From: an uncultured bacterium
GTDB lineage: Bacteria; Gemmatimonadota; Gemmatimonadetes; Gemmatimonadales; Gemmatimonadaceae
Length of the DNA stretch: 64,000 nt
Assembly (NCBI GenBank): GCA_963978095.1
Contig: CAXBQP010000009.1
Span: 1-64,000, forward strand
Reading direction: 5' to 3'
Under the pieces are notes generated by a model that did not search any database, was not told where the DNA came from, and saw only the letters and a list, made by a program, of their open reading frames with translations. Of this stretch, positions 27,503 to 42,528 are shown piece after piece. Each line of letters begins with the position of its first letter. Position 1 is the first letter of the stretch. A program made the translations under genes and the position numbers.

Positions 27503-28750
27503 CTAGCTGAGCCCCATGTGTGCGCGCACTTGCTGCAATGCGGTGACGAGCGCGTCGACGTCGTCGGCGTCGTTGTACACATAGAACGACGCCCGCGTCG
27601 TGGCCGGCACCTTGAGCGCACGCATCAGGGGCTGCGCACAATGATGCCCGGACCGGACGCACACCCCGGCACCGTCGAGGACCTGCGCGATGTCATGCGG
27701 ATGCACCTCGTCCATCACGAACGACACTACCCCGGAGCGCTGCTCAGGTGGGGGGCCGAGGACCGTCAACCCCGGGACGTCCGCGAGACGCGCGGTGGCG
27801 TACGCGAGCAGCGCGGCTTCGTGCGCACGCACGCGTTCCATCCCGAGAATGTCCAGATACTGCACGGCCGCGGCCAGCCCCACCGCCCCGGCGACATTCG
27901 GCGTTCCGGCCTCGAACTTGTGCGGCAACACATTCCACGTGCTGCGGTCATCGGCGACCATCGCGATCATGTCGCCGCCGAATTGATACGGCGGCATGGC
28001 CTCGAGGATCTCGCGGCGCACCACCAGCCCGCCGATCCCCATGGGACCGAGCATCTTGTGACCGCTGAAGGCGTACACGTCCACCCCGAGCGCGTCGACC
28101 GCCGAGTCGAAATGCGGCGCGCCCTGCGCGCCGTCACAGACCACCAGCGCACCGGTCGTGCGCGCGATGCGCACGATCTCCGCCACCGGATTGATCGTCC
28201 CGAGCGCATTCGACACCTGCCCGAACGCCACCACCTTGGTGTTCGGCGTGCAGCACTGCGCGAGGTGCGCCAGATCGAGCACGCCCCCCGGGGCCAGCTC
28301 GGCGATCACGAACTCCGCCCCGACCGCCAGCGCCAACTGCTGCCACGGGACGAAGTTCGCGTGGTGCTCCAACCGCGTCACGACGATCCGGTCACCGGCC
28401 TTCACATTCGCCCGTCCCCAGGCCGACGCCATCACGTTGATGCTCTCGGTCGTACCGCGGGTGAAGATCAGCGTGTCGACGTCGGCCACGCCGAGGAACC
28501 GCGCGACACGTTTCCGCGACCGTTCGTACGCCTCGGTCGATTGTGCCGACAGTTCGTAGGCCCCGCGATGCGGGTTCGCGTTGTGCTGTTCGTAGTAGCT
28601 CTGCATCGCCTGCAGCACCGCGCGCGGCTTCTGTGTCGTGGCGGCGCTGTCGAGGTAGTGCAGATGATCACGTTCGTCGAGCATCGAGAAGTCGTCGATG
28701 TCGACCAGCGGTCGCTCGCAGCCGGTGCGGAGCAGGGCGGGCGGGTTCAT
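27503..28750 (-). CDS. sufS: Cysteine desulfurase, type II
   Basis: YLDSAATTQKP, FTRGTTE, FSGHKMLGP (PLP Lys), KFEAGTP, RSGHHCAQP. Confidence 0.95.
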   Translation of the reverse strand: MNPPALLRTGCERPLVDIDDFSMLDERDHLHYLDSAATTQKPRAVLQAMQSYYEQHNANPHRGAYELSAQSTEAYERSRKRVARFLGVADVDTLIFTRGTTESINVMASAWGRANVKAGDRIVVTRLEHHANFVPWQQLALAVGAEFVIAELAPGGVLDLAHLAQCCTPNTKVVAFGQVSNALGTINPVAEIVRIARTTGALVVCDGAQGAPHFDSAVDALGVDVYAFSGHKMLGPMGIGGLVVRREILEAMPPYQFGGDMIAMVADDRSTWNVLPHKFEAGTPNVAGAVGLAAAVQYLDILGMERVRAHEAALLAYATARLADVPGLTVLGPPPEQRSGVVSFVMDEVHPHDIAQVLDGAGVCVRSGHHCAQPLMRALKVPATTRASFYVYNDADDVDALVTALQQVRAHMGLS

Positions 28751-29175
28751 CGCGAGGCGTCGTCGAGCGCCGCCTTCATGGCATGCCAGCCGAGCGAGGC
28801 GCACTTCACACGGAGCGGGAACTTGCTCACGCCGGAGAGCGCCTTCATCCCGCCGGTGATCCCCTCGATGCCATGACCGGTGACCATCGCGTGGAAGCGG
28901 TCGAAGATCGCGTGCGTCTCGGTCAAGGTCTTTCCCTTCACGGCCTGCGTCATCAACGAGGCGCTCGCCTTGCTGATGGCGCACCCTTGCCCCTGGAAGC
29001 TCACGTCAGCCACCCGGTCACCGTCGAGCTTGACCCACACGGTGACCTGATCCCCGCACAACGGATTCAATCCGTCCGCATGGCCGGAGGCGTCCGCCAT
29101 GACGCGGAAATTCTGCGGCCGACGATTATGGTCGAGAATGATGCTCTGGTACAGCTCCTCCAGCTCGGCGGACAT
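28747..29175 (-). CDS. sufU: SUF-system NifU-like sulfur-transfer protein
   Basis: LYQSIILDH, NPLCGD, GCAISKASAS, RVKCA. Confidence 0.93.
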   Translation of the reverse strand: MSAELEELYQSIILDHNRRPQNFRVMADASGHADGLNPLCGDQVTVWVKLDGDRVADVSFQGQGCAISKASASLMTQAVKGKTLTETHAIFDRFHAMVTGHGIEGITGGMKALSGVSKFPLRVKCASLGWHAMKAALDDASR

Positions 29176-29178
29176 CCG

Positions 29179-30485
29179 TCACCGCTGCCGCGTGTGGGTG
29201 AAATGCTCGAACACCCGTTCTTCGAGACCGATGCGCAGCGGGTCGATCTCGATCAACTCCAGCGCCTCCGCCGCGAACGCGTACGTCAGGAGCGCGCGCG
29301 CATTGTCCGCACCGACGCCGCGGCTCTTGAGGTAGAACAGCGACAGCTGGTCCAGCTTGCCGACCGTGGCGCCGTGCGTGCACTTCACATCATCGGCGAA
29401 GATCTCCAACTGCGGCTTGGTGTCGACCTTCGCGGTCTCGCTCAACAGCAGCGCGTGATTCGTCTGCTTGCCGTCGGTCTTCTGCGCGATCGGATCCACA
29501 TAGACCTTGCCATTGAACACGCCGTGCGAGGCGCCGTCGAGAATCCCCTTGTACAGCTCGCGGCTCGCACAGTGCGGCGCGAGATGCTCGACGAAGGTCT
29601 GATGGTCGACGTGCTGCGTGCCGTCCATCAGGTACAACCCGTTCAGGCGCGTTTCGGCGTTCTCGCCACCCAGCCGCGTATAGACGTTCGTCCGCGACAG
29701 CGCAGCTCCGGTCGCGAAGGAAAACGAGTGGAACCGCGAGTCCCGCGCCTGCGCGACTTGCACGGTTCCCACATGGAACGCGGACGTGCTCTCCTGCTGC
29801 ACCTTGTAGTGCTGCACCGTCGCATGGGGTCCCACGTCGATCTCGGCGACCGCGTTCGTGAAATAGCACGCGCCCCCCGTGGCCACGTGCGACTCCACGA
29901 TCGTCACTTGAGCGAACTCGTCCGCCACGACCAGCAAGCGCGGAAAGATCGCGCCGCCCTCGAGCTGTGCATCCGCCACATGCACGATATGGATCGGTTC
30001 GTCGATGACGGTCCCCTTCGGCACGTGAACGACGACGCCATCGTGCGCGAACGCCGTATTCATGGCGGTGAACGGCGCATCAGTCCAGGCAGCGAGCGTG
30101 CCGAGCCGCTCCATGACGAACTCCGGGGTGGCCTTCAGCGCCTCGGCGAGGGGCAACACCGACACGTCGGCCGGCAGCCCGGCGTAGGCCGAGAGGCGCG
30201 GTTCGAACTGCCCGTTCACGAAGACCAAGCGATGCCATGACGCGTCGCCGATGGCGAGAGCGGCCACGTCCGTCGAGGTCAGCCCCGACGCCCGCTTGCC
30301 GCTCCCCATCGGACGGAACGCCTTCTCGGCGATCGGCGTGACGCTGGTGTAATGCCAATCCTCGTTGCGCGTCGTCGGGAACCCGAGCGCCGTGAAGCGG
30401 TCGAAGGCCGCGCGCTTGAGCTCCGGCAGCCACGCGCCGCCCGTGTTCGGCACCAGCGCCGCGAACGCATCTGCGTACGTGGCCA

Positions 30486-30486
<1 letters not shown>
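29179..30486 (-). CDS. sufD: Fe-S cluster assembly protein SufD
   Basis: GFPTTRNEDWHYT, FNGKVYV, AQKTDG, KPQLEIFADDVKCTHGAT. Confidence 0.95.
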
Positions 30487-31232
<746 letters not shown>

Positions 31233-31254
31233 TGCGGTGTCCCTATGGTCTCGC

Positions 31255-31274
31255 GGAGCGGCGATCGCCGCTCC
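31255..31274. repeat. Perfect 20-bp palindrome between sufB and sufC
   Basis: GGAGCGGCGATCGCCGCTCC equals its own reverse complement. Confidence 0.75.
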
Positions 31275-31307
31275 TGATGATTGTCGTGTACGGTGGCGCG
31301 ACCGGCC

Positions 31308-32741
<1,434 letters not shown>

Positions 32742-32776
32742 GAGCTCGAACTCCAGAAGTTGCTATCCAGATAAAA

Positions 32777-32799
32777 ATACTCGACTTAGCGTCTGTTAT
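32777..32799. promoter_or_regulatory. Candidate Rrf2/IscR-like operator upstream of sufB
   Basis: ATA-CTC-GAC-TTAGC-GTC-TGT-TAT dyad; left half fits ATASYYGAC of the IscR type-1 site. Confidence 0.4.
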
Positions 32800-32927
32800 C
32801 AACGCAGCAGGGTGTGAAATGGTGCCAGCTTCGACGCAATCAGCGAAGGCGCCGCGGCGGGTCCGAGGGAGCGGCCGGTGGAGGGGGTGATCCGATGCAG
32901 TGGTGGGTGACGCGGCGGCAATGAGAT

Positions 32928-32943
32928 GAAAACATATGTTTTC
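32928..32943. promoter_or_regulatory. Perfect 16-bp AT-rich palindrome, candidate operator
   Basis: GAAAACATATGTTTTC. Confidence 0.45.
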
Positions 32944-32953
32944 TAAAAAGCTG

Positions 32954-32966
32954 TAAACTGTTGATT
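32954..32966 (-). promoter_or_regulatory. IHF consensus site
   Basis: Minus strand AATCAACAGTTTA matches WATCAANNNNTTR, inside an AT-rich tract. Confidence 0.5.
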
Positions 32967-33148
32967 GAATGACTTTTACAACAAAACTAATAATGCGAGG
33001 CATCTGGTGGCGCCGGTGACGAGCGGGGCACCCACTGCCGCCGACCACGAAAACCCGTAACGCGAGGTATTGCGGTGGTGTCGCACGCGCACGACCCTTA
33101 CTTTGGTTGGCACTTCCCCCGTCCTCATCTTCGCCAGGAAATCAAAAC

Positions 33149-33730
33149 TTGCTCTTCTTCTGGGAGCTGTGGGCTCCAATCCTCGTCTCGTCGTGCACGG
33201 TCTTCGTGCTCGCGATGCTCCTGCGATTGGTGCTCCACCAGAGCGAGTGGCGACAGCTCCCGCAGCACGCGGAGGTGACGCAGGCGCTCCGTCGCGTCCC
33301 GCCGGCGCCGGGGCTCTACATGTTGCCCCACACCATCGGCCAGGACCTTGGCCGCGCGGACCTGCATGCCGCGCTCGAACAGGGGCCGGTCGCCTACATC
33401 ACGATCGCCAGGAACGGCGTCCCCTCGGCCTCCGGCCGCCTCCTGACGAGCTTCCTGTATTACTGCGGCGTCAGCACCGTCGTGGCCTACGCCACATGGC
33501 ACGGGTTCAGTACGCTGAACTCGGGCATCCGGCACATGCCGCTTGGCATTCCCTTCGCGCACGTGGTGCGGGTGGTCTTTGCCATCGCCGGCCTCGCCTA
33601 TGCCGCGGCCGCGTTCCAGGACAGCGTCTGGTTCGGCCGTCCGTGGAAGAGCTTTCTGCTGACGATGGTCGATGCGGCCGTCTACGCCCTGTCCACCGCG
33701 GTCATCTTCGCCTGGCTCTGGCCGATCTGA
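33149..33730 (+). CDS. Hypothetical membrane protein
   Basis: LWAPILVSS..., PGLYMLPH, LEQGPV, QDSVWFGRPW, IFAWLWP; about four TM segments; TTG start after AGGAA (start uncertain). Confidence 0.7.
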   Translation: MLFFWELWAPILVSSCTVFVLAMLLRLVLHQSEWRQLPQHAEVTQALRRVPPAPGLYMLPHTIGQDLGRADLHAALEQGPVAYITIARNGVPSASGRLLTSFLYYCGVSTVVAYATWHGFSTLNSGIRHMPLGIPFAHVVRVVFAIAGLAYAAAAFQDSVWFGRPWKSFLLTMVDAAVYALSTAVIFAWLWPI

Positions 33731-33744
33731 CGCGCGTGCGCTGA

Positions 33745-35247
33745 TTACTGCGCGGGCATCAGCTCGGAAGGAAAGACGATCCGGAACTTCGATCCCTCGC
33801 CGAGCTCGCTCGTGACGATGATCGACATCCCCATCAGCGTGCACAACCGCCGCGAGATGGTCAGTCCGAGGCCCGTTCCGCCGAATGCGCGGGTCGTGCT
33901 GGCATCGCCCTGCTCGAACGGATCAAAAATCCGGTCGAGGCGCTCCTTGGAAATGCCGATCCCGGTGTCCTGAATCTCCACCCACCGCGGGCTCACACCA
34001 TCGGCATCCACCGCGGCACGGATGGTCACCTGACCCCCGCGCGGGGTGAACTTGAGGGCGTTGCCCATGACGTTCATCATCACCTGACGCAGCCGGAAGG
34101 GATCGGCGATCACCGTACCGATCTCCGATGGGGTTTCGAGCGTCAACGTCACGCCGTCCTCGTCGGCCGAGCGCTGGAACGTCGCCACCAACTGCTCCAG
34201 GAAGCTCCGCAACGGCACGCGCTCCGGTGCGATCTCCACCTTGCCGCTCTCGATGCGGGAGAAATCCAGGATCTCGGAGATCAGTTTGAGGAGATGACTT
34301 CCCTGGCGCTCGATCTCCGACAGCGACGAGGCCTGATCCACGGTGACGGGACCATAGAGCTCTTCCATCACGGTCTCGGTCTGCCCAAGGATCACATTCA
34401 GGGGCGTCCGCAACTCATGGCTCATGTTGGCCAGGAAGCTGCTCTTGGCCGCATTCGATGCCTCGGCGCGCTCCTTCTGACGGCGCAACTCCACGGTGTA
34501 CGCGGCGGAAGCCGCCTCCGCTTCCTTGCGCTCGGTGATGTCCCAGCCGAAGCCCAGCAGGTGCGTGATGCGGCCCTGGGGATCGCGCACCGGGGCGATG
34601 TTGCGCGCAAAGAAGCGCGGCGAACCGGTACGCGGGGAAATGGTCTCTTCGAAGCTGAGCAACTCGCCGGTCTCCAGCACGTGCCGCAGCGTGCGCTGCC
34701 GGCGCTCGGCGACGGACGGGTCCGACCCGCGGTACTGCCCATATTCCACATCGTCACGTCCGATGATCCACTGCCGCGTCGAGGGGTCGACGATTGCCCC
34801 GGGCGACACGTAGACGTAGCGGAGATCGCGGTCGAAGATCGCCAGCTGCAACACCGGCATCGCGTCGAGCACCAGATGCAGAAACGCGGCACTGTCCACG
34901 GCGGAGGTCGCTGCCGCCGCCAATCCGGAAAACTCGGCTGGGCTTCCCGTGAATCGCTTGGCGGCGAACGCCATGCGCTGTTCGTCTTCGATCCACACCA
35001 GTTCCCCGGTCACCACAAGCTGGCTCTTGATCGTGCGGACGACGATCTGCCGCCCTTCGAGCCCGCGGAGCATGGCGAGGTTGGTGATGCTCCGGCCGCC
35101 CGGCAACTCGAACACTTGCCCGAAATGCATCCCCACGCGCATCTCTGGGGCCGTTTTGGCCCACGCCGGACCAAGACGCAACACATGTCCCCCGTCGTCA
35201 ATGACGACGTAGTGCGGGAACAAGGTGGCGAAAAGGCCGGAACTCAT
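33745..35247 (-). CDS. Soluble sensor histidine kinase (H-NOBA-like PAS + PAS + HisKA + HATPase)
   Basis: FLANMSHELRTPLN, NVMGNALKFT, DTGIGI, FDPFEQ, GGTGLGL; PAS end WDITERK; N-terminus FATLFPHYVVID...GELVW. Confidence 0.9.
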   Translation of the reverse strand: MSSGLFATLFPHYVVIDDGGHVLRLGPAWAKTAPEMRVGMHFGQVFELPGGRSITNLAMLRGLEGRQIVVRTIKSQLVVTGELVWIEDEQRMAFAAKRFTGSPAEFSGLAAAATSAVDSAAFLHLVLDAMPVLQLAIFDRDLRYVYVSPGAIVDPSTRQWIIGRDDVEYGQYRGSDPSVAERRQRTLRHVLETGELLSFEETISPRTGSPRFFARNIAPVRDPQGRITHLLGFGWDITERKEAEAASAAYTVELRRQKERAEASNAAKSSFLANMSHELRTPLNVILGQTETVMEELYGPVTVDQASSLSEIERQGSHLLKLISEILDFSRIESGKVEIAPERVPLRSFLEQLVATFQRSADEDGVTLTLETPSEIGTVIADPFRLRQVMMNVMGNALKFTPRGGQVTIRAAVDADGVSPRWVEIQDTGIGISKERLDRIFDPFEQGDASTTRAFGGTGLGLTISRRLCTLMGMSIIVTSELGEGSKFRIVFPSELMPAQ

Positions 35248-35373
35248 GCGTCGGCGTGCATCGGGACGAAGGTGGAAACCACAAGATACCACGAACCGGG
35301 GACCCTCGGCATGGCCGATGATCCTCCCACGTACCTTACACTATCGGCGCCGGTCGGCCGGATGTGAAGCCGT

Positions 35374-38791
<3,418 letters not shown>

Positions 38792-38795
<4 letters not shown>

Positions 38796-39373
38796 TCGGC
38801 GAGATCCTGCCGGGTATCGATATCGCGCAGCACGCCGCGGTCGTCGACCGGGATGTGGACGACCGCGCCCGGACGGGTGGCGCGTTGCGCGATCACCGCG
38901 CGCGCGCCGCCGTCCGAGACCGTCAGCAACTCGCGCCAGGTGTCCCGGGCGAAGTAGGCGGGATGTCCGCGCCGTTCGCCGCATTGGGGTAGCACGATCG
39001 ATGCGTCCGTGCGACGCGCGCCATCGAGGACAGCGAGCACGCTCTCGAGCGTGACGAACGGATGATCCACGGGCCAGAGCAGCGCTCCCACGCACGGCGT
39101 GTTGGACAGACGCGCCAGCCCGAGGCGTACGCTGGCGATCTGTTCGGAGTCCGCGCGCGGGTTCACGACACCCTGCACGCCGTCCGGCGCGGGAACACCG
39201 GGGGGAAGCACTCCGATCACGGGGGCGCACCCGGCCGCGAGCGCGAGCGCGCAGACGGCATCGAGAAATCGCCGTCCGTCCGGAAGCAACGCGGTGGCCT
39301 TCGGCTCGCCGAATCGCGTGCCCGCACCGGCGCCCACGATCACGGCCCCGACGGGAAATACACGGAGTGCCAC
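38792..39373 (-). CDS. Molybdenum cofactor cytidylyltransferase-like nucleotidyltransferase (MocA/MobA family)
   Basis: GAGAGTRFGEPKA, WPVDHP, RRGHP, GGAR, DIDT. Only the C-terminal 193 aa of track ORF 38792..41044 look real. Confidence 0.85.
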
Positions 39374-39390
39374 GGGGCCCCGCCGGTGCG

Positions 39391-40362
39391 CTAGGCGCGG
39401 GAGAGGGCGAACATCGCGTCGCGCAGCAGCGAGGCCGCCTGCTGGACCTTGTAGCGGTTGTGCGACAGCGGCGCGGCATCGTACAGGGCCCGTTCGGCCA
39501 GCGCCATCACACTTTCCTCGTCGAGTGCGCCACTGGCCACATCTTCTTCGATGCTGGGGTTCACCCGCACCGGTCCGGCGGCGACGCCGCCGAGGACCAG
39601 TCGGACATCGCCGTCGGCCCGCTTGATCGCCGCCAGCGAGACGAGCGCGAAATCCCAAGCCCCGCGCTGCATCAGCTTGCGGTACCACTGCGTGCCCCCG
39701 GCGGACGCCGCCGGGATCTCCACGGCGACGATGCGCTCGCCCGCGGCGAGGACGGTGTCCGCATGCGGGTTGCCAGCCGCGCCGGCGTAGAGGGAGATGA
39801 CCGGCACGCGGCGCGCGGTGCCATCTGGGGTGTCCACGACGGCCTCGGCCTCGAGTGCCGCGAGCGCGACCGCAGGATCGCTCGGATGCACGGCGTGGCA
39901 CGTTCCGTCCGTGAAGATCGCATGGTACTGGTTCTCGCCATCGATCGCGGCACAGGAATCGCCGCCGTGCTTGAAGCACGGCACGCCGCGGCGGAAATAC
40001 CAGCAGCGGATCCGTTGCCCGAGGTTCCCCCCCAGCGTGCCCATGTTGCGGAGCGCGGGCGTGCCCACGGACGCACACGACTCCGCGAGCGCTGCAAAGC
40101 GGTCGCGCACCACCTCGTGTGACGCCAGATCCGCCAAGCGGGCGGCAGCTCCGATCCGCAGGCTGCCGTCGGGCAACGGCGTGATCGCATCGGCGCCGGG
40201 AAGATGGCGGAGGTCCACGAAATGTCGTGGATCGTCGATCCCCGCCTTCACCAACGGGAGCGCATCGGTGCCGCCGGAGAGCGCGCGGGCACCGGGCTGT
40301 GCCAGTGCCGCGCGGGCGTCCGCGCCGGTCAGCGGTCGGGAGTAGCTGGTGTCGTGAATCAC
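39391..40362 (-). CDS. Xanthine dehydrogenase family FAD-binding subunit with [4Fe-4S] insertion (PaoB/YagS-like)
   Basis: SGGTD, LRIGA, LRNMGTLGGNL, RCWYFR..CFKHGGDSC...CHAVHPSD, WDFALVS, HNRYKV. Confidence 0.92.
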   Translation of the reverse strand: MIHDTSYSRPLTGADARAALAQPGARALSGGTDALPLVKAGIDDPRHFVDLRHLPGADAITPLPDGSLRIGAAARLADLASHEVVRDRFAALAESCASVGTPALRNMGTLGGNLGQRIRCWYFRRGVPCFKHGGDSCAAIDGENQYHAIFTDGTCHAVHPSDPAVALAALEAEAVVDTPDGTARRVPVISLYAGAAGNPHADTVLAAGERIVAVEIPAASAGGTQWYRKLMQRGAWDFALVSLAAIKRADGDVRLVLGGVAAGPVRVNPSIEEDVASGALDEESVMALAERALYDAAPLSHNRYKVQQAASLLRDAMFALSRA

Positions 40363-40415
40363 CCGTGGAAACTGGCGCTTGGTCGGCGCGGTCGCCACTG
40401 GTAGTTTGCAACCCA

Positions 40416-41411
40416 GTGCCATCCTCCCGCCGACTTCTCCTCGCCACGTTGGTCACAGCCGCCGTGCTGCGCGATGCCGGACTCGCGTGCGCGCAGGGCG
40501 GAGGCGCCGGGTCCGCGCCTTCCTCCGGTGCGCAAGCCGCGCGCGCGCCGTCGGCCATGCCGCCCGGTCCTGTCGTGCAGCGATTGGCGGATTCGCTGGC
40601 TGGTCTGATCACCTTTGTTCCCGTCGGCGAGAGCACCTTCCTGGCGGCCTCCCGCGGCAAACGGCTGCTGCTCGACATCGGTCGCGTCGACGCCGAGGTG
40701 CGCCGAGACTCGGTGCGCGCGGCCGCGTATCGCGCGGCCGTCGCGGCCCACGCGCCCGTGAAACCGGGGGCCTCGTTCCGGCTGCGCGCCCCCTGGGGCG
40801 AGGAAGATGTCACGGCGGGCGCCATCGATACGTGGAACGGACGGGTGGTGCTGCGCCTCGAGGGCTCCGCGACGCTGGACTCCGCGGCCAAGGGAAAGAA
40901 CGCGCTCGTGAGCGCGGCCGTGCTCCGCGCCGCCAAGACGCCACCCCGCCGTGACAGTTGCGCTCGCGCGCTCCCCGCGACCAACACGCCGTTGGCGCTC
41001 CGCGTCACGGCGCTCCGCGATTCACTGGAGAAGGAACTGCGCACCGGGCCGCAACCGATCTATCCGCGTCTCCAGAAGAAGCTCGCGGTCGCGTCCTCAC
41101 AGGTCGCGGGCTGTTTCGGCACCGGTCGCGTGGCGTTGCTCGTCAGTTTGCGCGCCGGCAACGTGGAATGGGTGCGCGAGAAGCTGGTGATCGTGGACAC
41201 GCTGGGCAAAGCGACCCCGGTGCGCATCAGCGACTACCGGTTTCGGGCCCATGAACTGCTGCTCGCTGTGGATGCCAATGGCGATGGCATCGATGATCTC
41301 GCCACCAAGGCCGTCACCGAGCACGCCGGGGCGACAACCCTTCTCGCGCTGGACCTCAAGGCGCGGAAAGCGTCGCGATTCGCCGCCGGATTCGCGTGGG
41401 AGGATCAGTAG
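40416..41411 (+). CDS. Hypothetical exported protein
   Basis: Signal-like N-terminus; DANGDGIDDL (FG-GAP/Ca-loop-like); C-terminal GFAWE. Confidence 0.65.
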   Translation: MPSSRRLLLATLVTAAVLRDAGLACAQGGGAGSAPSSGAQAARAPSAMPPGPVVQRLADSLAGLITFVPVGESTFLAASRGKRLLLDIGRVDAEVRRDSVRAAAYRAAVAAHAPVKPGASFRLRAPWGEEDVTAGAIDTWNGRVVLRLEGSATLDSAAKGKNALVSAAVLRAAKTPPRRDSCARALPATNTPLALRVTALRDSLEKELRTGPQPIYPRLQKKLAVASSQVAGCFGTGRVALLVSLRAGNVEWVREKLVIVDTLGKATPVRISDYRFRAHELLLAVDANGDGIDDLATKAVTEHAGATTLLALDLKARKASRFAAGFAWEDQ

Positions 41412-41441
41412 CGCCGCTGGTCCCTCAGCGGTGAGCGCGCC

Positions 41442-42443
41442 TCACTTGGGCTTCGCGGGCGCGAGGGTGAAGACGACGTAGTCGCCCAGCGCGCGATGTG
41501 CGGCCGCGTCGATCGCGTCGAGGTCGGTGACCGGGACGAAGCTGACGACCGTCACCCGTTTTCCGGGGAGCCGCTGCCGAGCGCGTTCGGCCGTGCCCAT
41601 GCGGTAGTCGCTGTGAAACGATCCGTTCACGTGGACGACCAGGGTGCCGGCCGGGCCGTTGATGATGGCCGAGGCAATCGATTCGCCCATGGTCTCGTCC
41701 TTCACGCACTGCGACTGGTACATCTTCTCGACCACGACGTCACGTTCGGCGGGGGTCTTGGGGGCCGTGGGGCCATGCCCGCTCATGTCACCCATCGTGT
41801 CGGAGAACCGGGCATAGTAGGCGTCCTTCGGGCACTGGAACTCCAGTGCCGCGAGCAGGCGATCACCCAGCGCCGTGGTATCGAAGACGGCGAGTCCCGC
41901 GCGCGCCACCGCGCTGGCGAGGCGGCGCGGCACGTTGCCGGCGATCACCGGCCAGCCGCGCGACTTGGCGTACTCGACCATCGGGCGATAGTCGGTGATG
42001 TAGCGTGGCCACGGGCGCGAGGCCGCGAGAAACGCCGCCTCCGACAGCGTCCCGGCCAGGTAATCGGAGAGCGGGCGCTGCGCATCACGCTCAAACATCT
42101 CCATGGCCAGGACGACGTGATCGCGCCGCCGTCCGATCCCTTCGAGTGTCGCTGCTTCCAGGGCGTGCGTGACGGGGTCGTCGTGTTGTTCGCCGAGCAG
42201 GAGCACGTCACTGGTGGCGACGGTGGCGAGCATCATCTCGAAATCGATGAAGCGCCCTCGCGCCGTGTCGTAGACGCGATGCGGGGCGTAGGCGACGGTA
42301 GGCGCGGTCACGGCGACATGCCCGGGCGGAAGGCTTGCCGCACCCGTGGACGAGGGCAGCGGTTGCTGCGCTTGGACGGCGGAAAGGGCGCTGATCACGG
42401 ATACAGCGAGAGCCGTGCGTCGATAAAAAGAAAAAATAGACAA
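41442..42443 (-). CDS. ChaN-family (Tiki/EreA-ChaN superfamily) exported protein, putative heme/iron uptake
   Basis: VLLLGEQHDDP, LAMEMF, DYRPMVEYAK, AGNVPR, KDETMGESI, HVNGSFHS. Confidence 0.85.
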   Translation of the reverse strand: MSIFSFYRRTALAVSVISALSAVQAQQPLPSSTGAASLPPGHVAVTAPTVAYAPHRVYDTARGRFIDFEMMLATVATSDVLLLGEQHDDPVTHALEAATLEGIGRRRDHVVLAMEMFERDAQRPLSDYLAGTLSEAAFLAASRPWPRYITDYRPMVEYAKSRGWPVIAGNVPRRLASAVARAGLAVFDTTALGDRLLAALEFQCPKDAYYARFSDTMGDMSGHGPTAPKTPAERDVVVEKMYQSQCVKDETMGESIASAIINGPAGTLVVHVNGSFHSDYRMGTAERARQRLPGKRVTVVSFVPVTDLDAIDAAAHRALGDYVVFTLAPAKPK

Positions 42444-42528
42444 GTTATTTTGTGTTTAAGTTTTCAATCAAAACCGATTGTTTGTTACTCAGGCTTGTAA
42501 AAACAAAATAAAGCGTTTATTATTTCTT
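42428..42528. repeat. AT-rich imperfect inverted repeat in a divergent promoter region
   Basis: Arms 42428-42458 and 42498-42528 share a centre at 42478; 25 of 31 positions complementary by manual count. Confidence 0.65.

Noticed and set aside
32813..32827. TGGCAC on the minus strand as a sigma54 promoter for suf
   Set aside because: The -12 TTGC element is missing (CACA instead).
39374..41044. 750-aa ORF suggesting a long fusion to the MocA-like domain
   Set aside because: The upstream part overlaps the FAD-subunit gene in another frame and an antisense gene; only the last 193 aa have family motifs.
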